From IMG/VR virus record IMGVR_UViG_2627854066_000007: 51,816 nt of DNA. One strand, given 5' to 3'. The translations under genes were made by a program, and so were the position numbers. Shown one piece after another: positions 27,769 to 37,169 of this stretch (positions within the stretch are counted from its first letter, which is position 1; each line of letters begins with the position of its first letter). Under the pieces are notes generated by a model. That model did not search any database. It was not told where the DNA came from and worked only from the letters and a program-made list of their open reading frames with translations. The stretch is from a virus. Lineage: Duplodnaviria; Heunggongvirae; Uroviricota; Caudoviricetes.

Positions 27769-29727
27769 ATGCAGGCTGGTCACCAGAGTGACGCGGATAT
27801 TTATATTTATGACGAGATTGGTTTCTGGGGTGTTACAGCGAAGCAGTTTATCAGTGATCTGAATGCACTGGGCGATATCACCCACATTAATCTCCATATT
27901 AATTCACCGGGTGGCGATGTCTTTGAAGGCATCGCCATTTTTAATGCGCTGAAAACACATGGTGCGTCCATTACCGTTTATGTCGACGGTGTGGCGGCGT
28001 CAATGGCGTCGGTCATTGCGATGGTGGGAAACCCGGTCATTATGCCGGAAAACACTTTCATGATGATTCATAAACCATTTGGCTTTACGGGCGGTGATGC
28101 GGAGGACATGCGCACCTATGCCGACCTGCTCGATAAAGTTGAGGCGGTTCTGTTACCCGCTTATGCACAGAAAACCGGGAAAACCACCGATGAAATTGCT
28201 GCCATGCTGGCGGATGAGACCTGGATGTCCGGTGCCGAATGTCTGGCACATGGATTTGCTGATCAGGTAACGCCAGCCGTTAAGGCAATGGCATGTATTC
28301 AGTCAAAACGTACAGAGGAATTTAAAAAGATGCCGGAATCCATTCGAAACATGATTACTCCGCCACGCAACAGTGCTCCACGCGTACAGGATGATGAACC
28401 TGCAGCCTCCCGGACGCCAGTGCAGGCAGCAGCACCCGTGGTGGATGAAAACAGTATCCGTGCGCAGGTACTGGCAGAGCAAAAAGCGCGTGTAAACGGT
28501 ATTAATGATCTGTTTGCCATGTTTGGCGGGCGTTATCAGACGCTGCAGGCTCAGTGTCTTGCCGATCCTGAATGTTCGCTGGAGCAGGCCCGCGAAAAGC
28601 TGTTGAACGAGATGGGGCGCGAGTCCACGCCATCCAATAAAAATACCCCGGCTCATATTTATGCCGGTAACGGTAATTTTGTGGGGGACGGGATCCGCCA
28701 GGCGCTGATGGCGCGTGCCGGATTTGAAAAAACCGAACGTGATAATGTCTACAACGGGATGACCCTGCGTGAATATGCCCGTATGTCACTGACTGAACGG
28801 GGTATTGGGGTTTCCAGTTATAACCCGATGCAGATGGTCGGTGCGGCGTTCACACACAGTACGTCTGACTTCGGTAATATTCTGCTGGATGTTGCGAACA
28901 AAGCCATTCTGCAGGGCTGGGAAGATGCTCCTGAAACCTATGAACAGTGGACGCGGAAAGGTCAGTTGTCTGATTTTAAAATTGCCCATCGTGTGGGTAT
29001 GGGGGGCTTCAGTGCTCTGCGTCAGGTGCGTGAAGGGGCGGAATATAAATACGTCACCACCGGAGATAAACAGGCCACTATTGCACTGGCGACCTATGGC
29101 GAGCTGTTCAGTATCACCCGTCAGGCCATTATCAATGATGATCTGAATATGCTGACCGATGTCCCGATGAAGCTGGGCCGTGCGGCGAAATCCACCATTG
29201 CCGATCTGGTTTATGCCATTCTGACGTCTAACCCGAAAATCTCCACAGATAATGTAAGTCTGTTCGATAAAGCGAAACATGCAAACGTACTGGAGAGCGC
29301 TGCAATGGACGTGGCATCGCTGGATAAAGCCCGCCAGTTGATGCGCGTTCAGAAAGAGGGGGAGCGTCATCTGAATATTCGTCCTGCGTTCGTACTGGTA
29401 CCGACGGCGATGGAGTCTGTTGCTAACCAGGTCATTCGCTCCTCAAGTGTCAAGGGGGCTGACATTAACGCCGGTATTATTAACCCGGTGAAAGATTTTG
29501 CGACCGTTATTGCAGAGCCTCGTCTTGATGATAACAGCCAGACCACCTTCTACCTGGCTGCGTCCAAAGGCTCCGATACGATTGAAGTGGCTTATCTCAA
29601 CGGTGTGGATACGCCATATATTGATCAGATGGAGGGCTTCAGTGTGGATGGCGTGACAACGAAAGTGCGTATTGACGCCGGTGTCGCGCCAGTTGATCAC
29701 CGCGGTCTGGTGAAATGTACGGCGTAA
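27769..29727 (+). CDS. Fused prohead protease (ClpP/S14-like) and major capsid protein
   Basis: 652-aa ORF; N-terminal third has the ClpP-type prohead protease signature (ADIYIYDEIGFWG, INSPGG, SMAS); C-terminal ~400 aa is capsid-like. Confidence 0.8.
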   Translation: MQAGHQSDADIYIYDEIGFWGVTAKQFISDLNALGDITHINLHINSPGGDVFEGIAIFNALKTHGASITVYVDGVAASMASVIAMVGNPVIMPENTFMMIHKPFGFTGGDAEDMRTYADLLDKVEAVLLPAYAQKTGKTTDEIAAMLADETWMSGAECLAHGFADQVTPAVKAMACIQSKRTEEFKKMPESIRNMITPPRNSAPRVQDDEPAASRTPVQAAAPVVDENSIRAQVLAEQKARVNGINDLFAMFGGRYQTLQAQCLADPECSLEQAREKLLNEMGRESTPSNKNTPAHIYAGNGNFVGDGIRQALMARAGFEKTERDNVYNGMTLREYARMSLTERGIGVSSYNPMQMVGAAFTHSTSDFGNILLDVANKAILQGWEDAPETYEQWTRKGQLSDFKIAHRVGMGGFSALRQVREGAEYKYVTTGDKQATIALATYGELFSITRQAIINDDLNMLTDVPMKLGRAAKSTIADLVYAILTSNPKISTDNVSLFDKAKHANVLESAAMDVASLDKARQLMRVQKEGERHLNIRPAFVLVPTAMESVANQVIRSSSVKGADINAGIINPVKDFATVIAEPRLDDNSQTTFYLAASKGSDTIEVAYLNGVDTPYIDQMEGFSVDGVTTKVRIDAGVAPVDHRGLVKCTA

Positions 29728-29813
29728 ACGTCGCAGACAACAACTCTGATGGCCCGTAAGGGCTTTTTTTGTACCTGAAATCAGCCTCTGAACGGGGCTG
29801 TGCGGAGACAGTT

Positions 29814-30137
29814 ATGGCAAAGAATTTTGTAGAAGAAGGAAAAACGGTGGCGATTGTTGCCAGTGCAGCCATCAGCAGCGGAGATCTGGTGCAGGTGGGT
29901 GATGTTTTTGCGGTGGCGCTGACCGATATTCCACAGGGTGAAACAGGCGACGGCATGACCGAAGGTGTGTTTATCCTGCCTAAACTGAAAACGGATGACA
30001 TGAAAACGGGTAAGAAGGTTTATCTGAAGTCCGGAAAAGTTCAGCTGACTAACAGCGGCTCTGATCCGCTGGTCGGGGTTGTCTGGGCAGATGCCGGAAC
30101 CAGTGCAGAAGAAGTGCCGGTAAAACTCAATGTCTGA
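29814..30137 (+). CDS. Small head protein (DUF2190-like, possible decoration/stabilisation protein)
   Basis: 107-aa ORF from MAKNF immediately after the capsid gene. Confidence 0.5.
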   Translation: MAKNFVEEGKTVAIVASAAISSGDLVQVGDVFAVALTDIPQGETGDGMTEGVFILPKLKTDDMKTGKKVYLKSGKVQLTNSGSDPLVGVVWADAGTSAEEVPVKLNV

Positions 30138-30405
30138 TCCCTTTTCCCGGCTGGCAGCGCGTATGGATGCGATCACGGTCAGAAAGATGGGAAAGACAGC
30201 CTCGATTAATGATGTCGATATGGCTGTGATCCCGGACGAAACACTTGCAGAGCTGAATGCTCTGTCCGGACCTGCGGTCTCTCTGGTGGTGTTTTCTTCG
30301 GGATACCGCCCACGGCGCGGGGATCGCGTTGTTTATGACGGACAACAATGGACGGTCACACGGCATGAACGTTTTAACGGTAAGCCAATGATCTTTATTG
30401 AGTAA
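30130..30405 (+). CDS. Head-tail connector/adaptor protein
   Basis: 91-aa ORF between head and tail genes. Confidence 0.5.
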   Translation: MSDPFSRLAARMDAITVRKMGKTASINDVDMAVIPDETLAELNALSGPAVSLVVFSSGYRPRRGDRVVYDGQQWTVTRHERFNGKPMIFIE

Positions 30406-30416
30406 AGAGGTGTGGG

Positions 30417-30995
30417 ATGAAGGGGCTTGAGAATGTCATCCGCAATCTGAACAGCCTTGATACCCGTATGGTGCCACAGGCCAGCGCATGGGCGATAAAC
30501 CGTGTGGCACAGAAAGCGGTCTCGGTTGCCACCCGGCAGGTTGCCGGGAATACCGTTGCGGGAGATAACCAGGTGAAAGGGATCCCCCTGAAACTGGTAC
30601 GTCAGCGTGTCCGGGTGTTTAAAGCCAGTCCGTCAGGAAAAATGACGGCCAGGATCCGCGTTAACCGGGGCAATCTGCCCGCCATTAAGCTGGGGACAGC
30701 CCGGGTCAGACTGGCCCGGCGTGGTGGAAAACTGCAGTACCGTGGCAGTGTGCTGAAGGTGGGTAAATATCTTTTCCGGGATGCGTTTATTCAGCAACTG
30801 GCGAATGGTCGCTGGCATGTGATGCGGCGTATTGATGGCAAAAATCGTTACCCCATTGATGTGGTGAAAATCCCGCTTTCCAGACCGCTGACACAGGCAT
30901 TTGAAGATGCCCGCGACCGCATCATTGCTGCGGAAATGCCGAAACAGCTGGGGTATGCACTGAAACAACAACTGAGGTTATGGCTGACCCGATGA
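30417..30995 (+). CDS. Minor tail protein Z-like
   Basis: 192-aa ORF, same size and position as lambda gpZ. Confidence 0.7.
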   Translation: MKGLENVIRNLNSLDTRMVPQASAWAINRVAQKAVSVATRQVAGNTVAGDNQVKGIPLKLVRQRVRVFKASPSGKMTARIRVNRGNLPAIKLGTARVRLARRGGKLQYRGSVLKVGKYLFRDAFIQQLANGRWHVMRRIDGKNRYPIDVVKIPLSRPLTQAFEDARDRIIAAEMPKQLGYALKQQLRLWLTR

Positions 30996-31393
30996 ACCGA
31001 CATACACAAATCCGCCAGGCCGTACTGGCACGCCTTCGGGAACAGTGTGGAGACAGCGCCACGTTTTTTGACGGGCTTCCGGCATTTATTGATGCGCAGG
31101 AACTGCCTGCCGTGGCGGTGTGGCTGAGTGATGCTCAGTACACCGGAAAAATGACGGATGAAGATGACTGGCAGGCTGTTCTGCATATTGCTGTCTTCAT
31201 CCGGGCACAGGCACCGGATTCAGAGCTGGATATGTGGATGGAGAGCACCATTTTCCCGGCCCTGAATGATATACCGGCACTTTCCGGACTCATCGACACC
31301 CTGATCCCTCTCGGTTTTAACTATCAACGTGATAATGAGATGGCCACCTGGGCGATGGCGGAAATCACGTACCAGATCACGTACACGAATTAA
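30980..31393 (+). CDS. Tail terminator protein U-like
   Basis: 137-aa ORF preceding the major tail gene. Confidence 0.7.
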   Translation: MADPMNRHTQIRQAVLARLREQCGDSATFFDGLPAFIDAQELPAVAVWLSDAQYTGKMTDEDDWQAVLHIAVFIRAQAPDSELDMWMESTIFPALNDIPALSGLIDTLIPLGFNYQRDNEMATWAMAEITYQITYTN

Positions 31394-31398
31394 AGGAG

Positions 31399-32148
31399 GT
31401 GGCAATGACCACACCAAATCCACTGGCAAAAACGAAAGGTGCGGGAACGACGTTCTGGATGTACACCGGCAAGGGCGATGCGTTTGCGAACCCTTTATCG
31501 GACACTGACTGGCTGCGTCTTGCGATGGTGAAGGATCTGCAACCTGGCGAAATGACCGCTGATGCAGAAGATGACACTTATCTCGATGATGAAGATGCAG
31601 ACTGGAAAACGACAACCCAGGGGCAGAAATCCGTCGGTGATACTTCGGCGACGCTGGCCTGGCGTCCGGGTGACAGCGGGCAGAAAAAACTGGTTCAGTT
31701 GTTCGACTCCGGTGAAGTCTGCGCGTTTCGTATCAAATATCCCAACGGCACTGTTGATGTTTTCCGTGGCTGGCTGAGCTCACTGGGTAAAACCATTGCC
31801 TCAAAAGACGTGATGACCCGCACAGTGAAAATCAGCGGTGTGGGGCGTCCGTATCTGGCAGAGGAAGGCACTGAAACAGTGAGCGTTACCGGGCTGACGG
31901 TGGCACCGGCATCTGCCAGTGTAAAAGTGGGAGCAACCACCACGCTGACCTTTACAGTAAAACCTGACGGAGCCAGTGACAAAGCGATCAGTGTGCATTC
32001 GACAGATCCACAGACTGCCACGGTGACCCTGAACGGGCTTGTGGCCACGGTGAAAGGCGTGAAGCAGGGCAGTGTCAGCATTGTGGGCATGACTTCTGAC
32101 GGCGATTTTGTGGCAGTGGCTGCGGTGGCTGTCAGCGCCGCAGGTTAA
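31399..32148 (+). CDS. Major tail protein V with C-terminal Ig-like domain
   Basis: 249-aa ORF closely resembling lambda gpV (PNPLAKTKGAGTTFW..., LDDEDADW..., FRGWLSSLGK). Confidence 0.9.
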   Translation: MAMTTPNPLAKTKGAGTTFWMYTGKGDAFANPLSDTDWLRLAMVKDLQPGEMTADAEDDTYLDDEDADWKTTTQGQKSVGDTSATLAWRPGDSGQKKLVQLFDSGEVCAFRIKYPNGTVDVFRGWLSSLGKTIASKDVMTRTVKISGVGRPYLAEEGTETVSVTGLTVAPASASVKVGATTTLTFTVKPDGASDKAISVHSTDPQTATVTLNGLVATVKGVKQGSVSIVGMTSDGDFVAVAAVAVSAAG

Positions 32149-32205
32149 CAGGACGATACTCATCATTTGCCCCGGTTATCCGGGGCTTTTTTGCAGGTGG
32201 AGAAC

Positions 32206-32595
32206 ATGATGTTTCTGAAACAGGGCACGTTTAATTATGAAAAGCAGTCCGTGGTGCTCAGTGAGCTGTCCGGGCTGCAGAGAATTGAATATCTGGCGTT
32301 TGTTCAGCAGCGAACGGCAAAGTTTGATGCCGAAGAGGGAGAACTGCCGGAGGCTGAACGACAGATTGCTTTTCTGCGGATGGGGATGGATATCAATGCC
32401 TGGCTGGTTTCCCGCTCACTGTGGAATGCGGAACAGTCTCAGGATGTTGAGACGCTTTGCGCATCCGTTATTACAACATGGTCGTATGATGCCCTGGGAG
32501 CGGGGGCGGAGATGGTTCTGTCGCTGAGCGGTATGGGAGCCATTGAGAATGCCGGGGATTTGGAGCATGAGGTGCTGACGCCGGAAAAGTCCTGA
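32206..32595 (+). CDS. Tail assembly chaperone G
   Basis: ORF from MMFLKQGTF with GGTGGAG upstream; lambda gpG-like N-terminus (MFLK...LSELSGLQRIE). Confidence 0.8.
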   Translation: MMFLKQGTFNYEKQSVVLSELSGLQRIEYLAFVQQRTAKFDAEEGELPEAERQIAFLRMGMDINAWLVSRSLWNAEQSQDVETLCASVITTWSYDALGAGAEMVLSLSGMGAIENAGDLEHEVLTPEKS

Positions 32596-32933
32596 CGCGG
32601 GAAATGCAGTTTGTCATGCGGCTTGCCCGGGAGTTCCGGCGGGCAGACTGGCGGCGGATGCTGTCGGAAATGTCGGCCACTGAGCTTGGTGAGTGGGGCG
32701 ATTATTTCCGGATGCAGAGCTTCAGTGATGTGTGGATGGATGCGCAGTTTGCCTCGCTGAAGGCATTGATCGTGAGAATGGTGTCCGGTAGCAGTGATGC
32801 TGCGGTGGCTGATTTCAGCCTTTTACCGGAAGAGAACGGGATACCGGAGCGAACGGACGAAGAACTGATGCATCTTGGGGAAGGTATTTCCGGAGGTGTG
32901 CGTTATGGACCAGATAGCCAACCTGGTCATTGA
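32206..32933 (+). CDS. Tail assembly chaperone G-T (predicted -1 programmed frameshift product)
   Basis: The -1 frame is open across the G stop and continues to 32933, overlapping the H start, as in lambda G/GT; the slip site near CCGGAAAAG is not a canonical heptamer. Confidence 0.45.
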
Positions 32934-35900
32934 TTTGGGGATTGATGCGGCAGAGTTTAAAAATGAAATTCCCCGTATCAAAAACCTTCTGAATGGTGCA
33001 GCCAGCGATGCAGAACGGTCTTCTGCCCGTATGCAGCGTTTTATGGAGCGTCAGACTCAGGCCGCCCGGCAGACAATGCAGGCGGCTTCTTCGGCTGCAA
33101 CAGCCGCATCCGTCCATGCGCAGACGGTGGAGAAGAGCGCACAGGCTCATGAACGCATGGCCCGCGAGGTGGAGCAAACCCGCCAGCGTATGGAGGCACT
33201 GAGCCAGAAAATGCGCGAGGAACAGGCGCAGGCCATGGCTCTGGCGGAGGCTCAGGATAAAGCGGCTGCCGCGTTTTATCGTCAGATTGACAGTGTGAAA
33301 CAGGCCAGTGCGGGGCTGCAGGAATTACAGCGTATTCAGCAGCAGATCCGACAGGCCAGAAACAGTGGCGGGATTGGTCAGCAGGATTATCTGGCGCTGA
33401 TTTCTGAGGTTACGGCGAAAACCCGTGTTCTTACGCAGGCTGAGGCAGAGGCTACCCGACAGAAAGTGGCGTTTATCCGTCAGCTTAAAGAGCAGGCAAC
33501 CCGCCAGAATCTTTCTTCTTCTGAGTTGCTTCGTGCTAAGGCTGCCCAGCTGGGGGTAAGCAGTGCTGCAGAAGTGTATATCCGCAAAATGGAGCAGGCA
33601 GGAAAAGCCACGCATTCGCTGGGTCTGAAAAGTGCAGCGGCCCGCCAGGAGATAGGCGTTCTGATAGGTGAACTGGCTCGCGGCAATTTAGGTGCGCTGA
33701 GGGGATCCGGGATAACGCTGGCTAACCGTGCCGGATGGATAGACACACTGATGTCACCGAAAGGCATGATGCTGGGCGGGGTTATTGGCGGTATTGCCGC
33801 GGCCGTCTATGGTCTGGGTAAAGCCTGGTATGATGGTCAGAAGGAGGGGGAAGAATTTAACCGCCAGTTGTCGCTGACGGGGCATTATGCCGGAGTCACT
33901 GCCGGGCAGCTGTGGACGCTCAGTCGTGCTATTTCCGGGAATGGTATTACGCAACATGCTGCAGCCGGTGCGCTGGCTCAGGTGGTGGGGAGTGGTGCAT
34001 TTCGTGGAAACGATATCGGTATGGTGGCGAGAGCTGCCGCACAGATGGAGCGATCGGTTGGCCAGTCGGTCAGCGATACCATAAATCAGTTTAAGCGGCT
34101 GAAGGATGATCCTGTAAATGCCGCGAAGGCTCTGGACAATGAGCTGCATTTTCTTACTGCCACTCAGCTTGAGCAGATACGCGTCCTTGGGGAACAGGGG
34201 CGGTCCAGTGATGCGGCACGGATAGCCATGTCTGCACTGGCAGAGGAAACCGGTCGGCGTACTGCGGATATTGATAATAACCTCAATGCGCTGGGCAGTA
34301 CGCTGAAGTATCTGTCTGATTTATGGAGTAGTTTCTGGGATGCGGCCATGAATATTGGTCGTGAAGACTCGCTGGATGAACAGATTTCCGCTTTACAGGA
34401 GAAAGTGTCGCGGGCGAAAAGACTCCCCTGGACGGCATCATCTTCTCAGGTTGAGTACGATCAGCAGCGTCTTAACGAGCTTCAGGAGAAAAAACGCCAG
34501 AAGGATTTGCAGGATGCAAAAGAGCAGGCAGAGCGCAATTATCAGGAGCAACAGAAACGCCGTAATGCTGAAAATGCTGCACTGAACCGGATGAATGAAA
34601 CGGAAGCAGCACGACATCAGCGTGAAATTGCGCGTATTAATGCCATGCAGTACGCCGATCAGGCTGTCAGGGATGCGGCGATACAACGTGAAAATGAACG
34701 TTACGAGAAAGCCCTGGCATCCGGTAAGAAAAAAACACGCGAACCCCGTAATGATGAGGCCACCCGGTTATTGCTGCAGTACAGTCAGCAACAGGCACAG
34801 GTGGAAGGACAGATTGCTGCTGCCAGACAGTCAGCAGGCATTGCCACGGAAAGGATGACAGAAGCGCATAAACAGCTTCTGGCTCTGCAGCAGCGCATCA
34901 GCGACCTGGACGGGAAAAAACTGACGGCAGATGAAAAGAGTGTGCTGGCCCGTAAAGATGAACTGATTCAGGCACTGACGCTGCTGGATGTAAAACAGCA
35001 GGAGCTTCAGAAACAGACGGCACTCAACGAGCTGAAGAAAAAAACAATTCAGCTGACCAGTCAACTGGCTGAAGAAGAGCGCGCTCAGCGTCAGCAACAT
35101 GACCTGGATATCGCCACGGTGGGTATGGGTGATCAGCAGCGGCAGCGATATCAGGTACAACTGAGTCTTCGCCAGAAATACCAGCAACAGCTGGAGCAGT
35201 TGAGGCGGGATAGTGAGCAGAAAGGAACATATAACACGGATGACTACAGAAAGGCCGAGCAGGCGCTGACGGAGAGCCTGAACCGACAACTGAATGAGAA
35301 TCGCCGTTACTGGCAACAGCTTGAAGTTGTGCAGGGTAACTGGAAAAACGGAGTCCTGCGTGCATTTCAGGATTTTACCGTGGATGCAGATAATACGGCA
35401 GGAACAGCAGAACAGGTGTTCTCGTCAGCCTTCAGCAACATGGGAAATGGCCTGGCAACTTTTGTCACTACCGGCAAACTCAATTTCAAATCCTTCACCT
35501 CTTCTGTGCTGTCAGATATGGCGAAAATCCTGGCGCAGGCAACCATGATGAAATCGATAAAAGGGATTGGCAGTGTACTGGGATTTGATCTCAGCAGCCT
35601 TTCCCTGAATGCCAATGGGGGGATTTATCAGTCTGCTGATTTGAGTCGTTACAGTGGCACGGTGGTTAACCGTCCGACGTTTTTTGCTTTTGCAAAAGGC
35701 GCGGGTGTGATGGGGGAAGCGGGACCTGAAGCCATTCTGCCTCTGCGTCGTGGTGCTGACGGTAAGCTGGGGGTTGTGGCGGATATTGGCGGTTCAGGTA
35801 TGGCGATGTTTGCCCCGCAGTACAACATCGAGATCAATAACGATGGCACGAACGGGCAGATAGGTCCGGCTGCCCTGAAGGTGGTTTATGACCTTGGGAA

Positions 35901-35970
35901 AAAAGCGGCAGCGGACTTTATGCAACAGCAGGCCCGTGATGGTGGTCGGTTAAGTGGAGCATATCGGTAA
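32905..35970 (+). CDS. Tail tape measure protein (gpH-like)
   Basis: 1021-aa ORF from MDQIANL (GGAGGTG upstream), coiled-coil-rich, with a Gly-rich hydrophobic segment; upstream of M and L. Confidence 0.9.
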   Translation: MDQIANLVIDLGIDAAEFKNEIPRIKNLLNGAASDAERSSARMQRFMERQTQAARQTMQAASSAATAASVHAQTVEKSAQAHERMAREVEQTRQRMEALSQKMREEQAQAMALAEAQDKAAAAFYRQIDSVKQASAGLQELQRIQQQIRQARNSGGIGQQDYLALISEVTAKTRVLTQAEAEATRQKVAFIRQLKEQATRQNLSSSELLRAKAAQLGVSSAAEVYIRKMEQAGKATHSLGLKSAAARQEIGVLIGELARGNLGALRGSGITLANRAGWIDTLMSPKGMMLGGVIGGIAAAVYGLGKAWYDGQKEGEEFNRQLSLTGHYAGVTAGQLWTLSRAISGNGITQHAAAGALAQVVGSGAFRGNDIGMVARAAAQMERSVGQSVSDTINQFKRLKDDPVNAAKALDNELHFLTATQLEQIRVLGEQGRSSDAARIAMSALAEETGRRTADIDNNLNALGSTLKYLSDLWSSFWDAAMNIGREDSLDEQISALQEKVSRAKRLPWTASSSQVEYDQQRLNELQEKKRQKDLQDAKEQAERNYQEQQKRRNAENAALNRMNETEAARHQREIARINAMQYADQAVRDAAIQRENERYEKALASGKKKTREPRNDEATRLLLQYSQQQAQVEGQIAAARQSAGIATERMTEAHKQLLALQQRISDLDGKKLTADEKSVLARKDELIQALTLLDVKQQELQKQTALNELKKKTIQLTSQLAEEERAQRQQHDLDIATVGMGDQQRQRYQVQLSLRQKYQQQLEQLRRDSEQKGTYNTDDYRKAEQALTESLNRQLNENRRYWQQLEVVQGNWKNGVLRAFQDFTVDADNTAGTAEQVFSSAFSNMGNGLATFVTTGKLNFKSFTSSVLSDMAKILAQATMMKSIKGIGSVLGFDLSSLSLNANGGIYQSADLSRYSGTVVNRPTFFAFAKGAGVMGEAGPEAILPLRRGADGKLGVVADIGGSGMAMFAPQYNIEINNDGTNGQIGPAALKVVYDLGKKAAADFMQQQARDGGRLSGAYR

Positions 35971-36299
35971 TGGAGACGTTTCACTGGAAAGTGCGCCCGG
36001 ATATGAATGTGGTATCAGAGCCGAAAGTGGTGACAGTGAAGCTGGGCGATGGTTATGAACAGCGTCGTGCGGCGGGACTGAATAACCAGTTGTCGACTTA
36101 CAGCGTGACGATACGTGTTCGTAAATGTGAACACCCATCTTTAAAAGCCTTTCTGGAACGGCACGGTGGCGTCCGCGCATTTCAGTGGACGCCACCTTAT
36201 GACTGGAAACCGATTAGGGTGGTTTGTCGTAAATGGTCGGCAAGCGTGGGGGCGCTGTGGGTAACCATAACGGCAGATTTTGAACAGGTCGTGGCATAG
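35970..36299 (+). CDS. Minor tail protein M
   Basis: 109-aa ORF, lambda gpM size and position. Confidence 0.85.
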   Translation: METFHWKVRPDMNVVSEPKVVTVKLGDGYEQRRAAGLNNQLSTYSVTIRVRKCEHPSLKAFLERHGGVRAFQWTPPYDWKPIRVVCRKWSASVGALWVTITADFEQVVA

Positions 36300-36308
36300 G
36301 AGGCTCTG

Positions 36309-37007
36309 ATGCAGGATATTCCACAGGAAACACATCATGAGACGACACGCCTCACTCAGTCAGCCCAGGTGGTGCTCTGGGAAATCGATCTGACAGAGGT
36401 CGGTGGTGAACGTTATTTTTTCTGTAATGAGCAGAACGAAAAAGGTGAGCCGGTTACCTGGCAGGGGCGGCAGTATCAGGCATACCCCATTCAGGGGACG
36501 GGATTTGAACTGAATGGCAAGGGCAGTGCTGCCCGTCCGACACTGACGGTTTCTAACCTGCACGGCATGGTCACCGGGATGGCGGAAGACCTGCAGAGTC
36601 TGGTCGGCGGAACGGTGGTCAGGCGTAAGGTTTACGCCCGTTTTCTGGATGCGGTGAACTTCGTCAACGGAAACAGCGACGCCGATCCGGAGCAGGAGGT
36701 GATCAGCCGCTGGCGCATCGAGCAGTGCAGCGAACTGAGTGCGGTCAGTGCCTCCTTTGTACTGTCCACACCGACGGAAACGGATGGTGCCGTTTTTCCG
36801 GGGCGCATCATGCTGGCTAATACCTGCACCTGGACCTATCGCGGTGATGAGTGCGGTTATCACGGTCCGGCTGTCGCGGATGAATATGATCAGCCGACGT
36901 CCGATATCACGAAGGATAAATGCAGCAAATGCCTGAATGGCTGTAAGTTTCGCAATAACGTCGGCAACTTTGGCGGCTTCCTTTCCATTAACAAACTTTC
37001 GCAGTGA
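36309..37007 (+). CDS. Minor tail protein L
   Basis: 232-aa ORF with C-terminal Cys cluster (CTWTYRGDECGY...CSKCLNGC), lambda gpL-like. Confidence 0.9.
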   Translation: MQDIPQETHHETTRLTQSAQVVLWEIDLTEVGGERYFFCNEQNEKGEPVTWQGRQYQAYPIQGTGFELNGKGSAARPTLTVSNLHGMVTGMAEDLQSLVGGTVVRRKVYARFLDAVNFVNGNSDADPEQEVISRWRIEQCSELSAVSASFVLSTPTETDGAVFPGRIMLANTCTWTYRGDECGYHGPAVADEYDQPTSDITKDKCSKCLNGCKFRNNVGNFGGFLSINKLSQ

Positions 37008-37012
37008 ATCCC

Positions 37013-37132
37013 ATGACAGAGACAGAATCAGCGATTCTGGCGCACGCCCGGCGATGTGCGCCAGCGGAGTCGTGCGGCTTCGTGGTGAGAACGCCGGAAG
37101 GGGAAAGATATTTTCCCTGCGTGAATATCTCC
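37013..37132 (+). pseudogene. Tail assembly protein K, N-terminal 40 codons (interrupted by IS66-family element)
   Basis: MTETESAILAHARRCAPAESCGFVVRTPEGERYFPCVNIS ends at the IS boundary; resumes in frame at 39595 after the 8-bp duplication. Confidence 0.75.
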
Positions 37133-37169
37133 GTAAGCGTGCAGCAAGAACCGTATTGACGGGGATGTG

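Noticed and set aside
33325-35615. Multiple 80-160 aa ORFs on both strands inside the tape measure gene
   Set aside because: All are nested within the 1021-aa tape measure ORF, which has lambda-like context and coiled-coil composition; the alternative frames show biased antisense composition.
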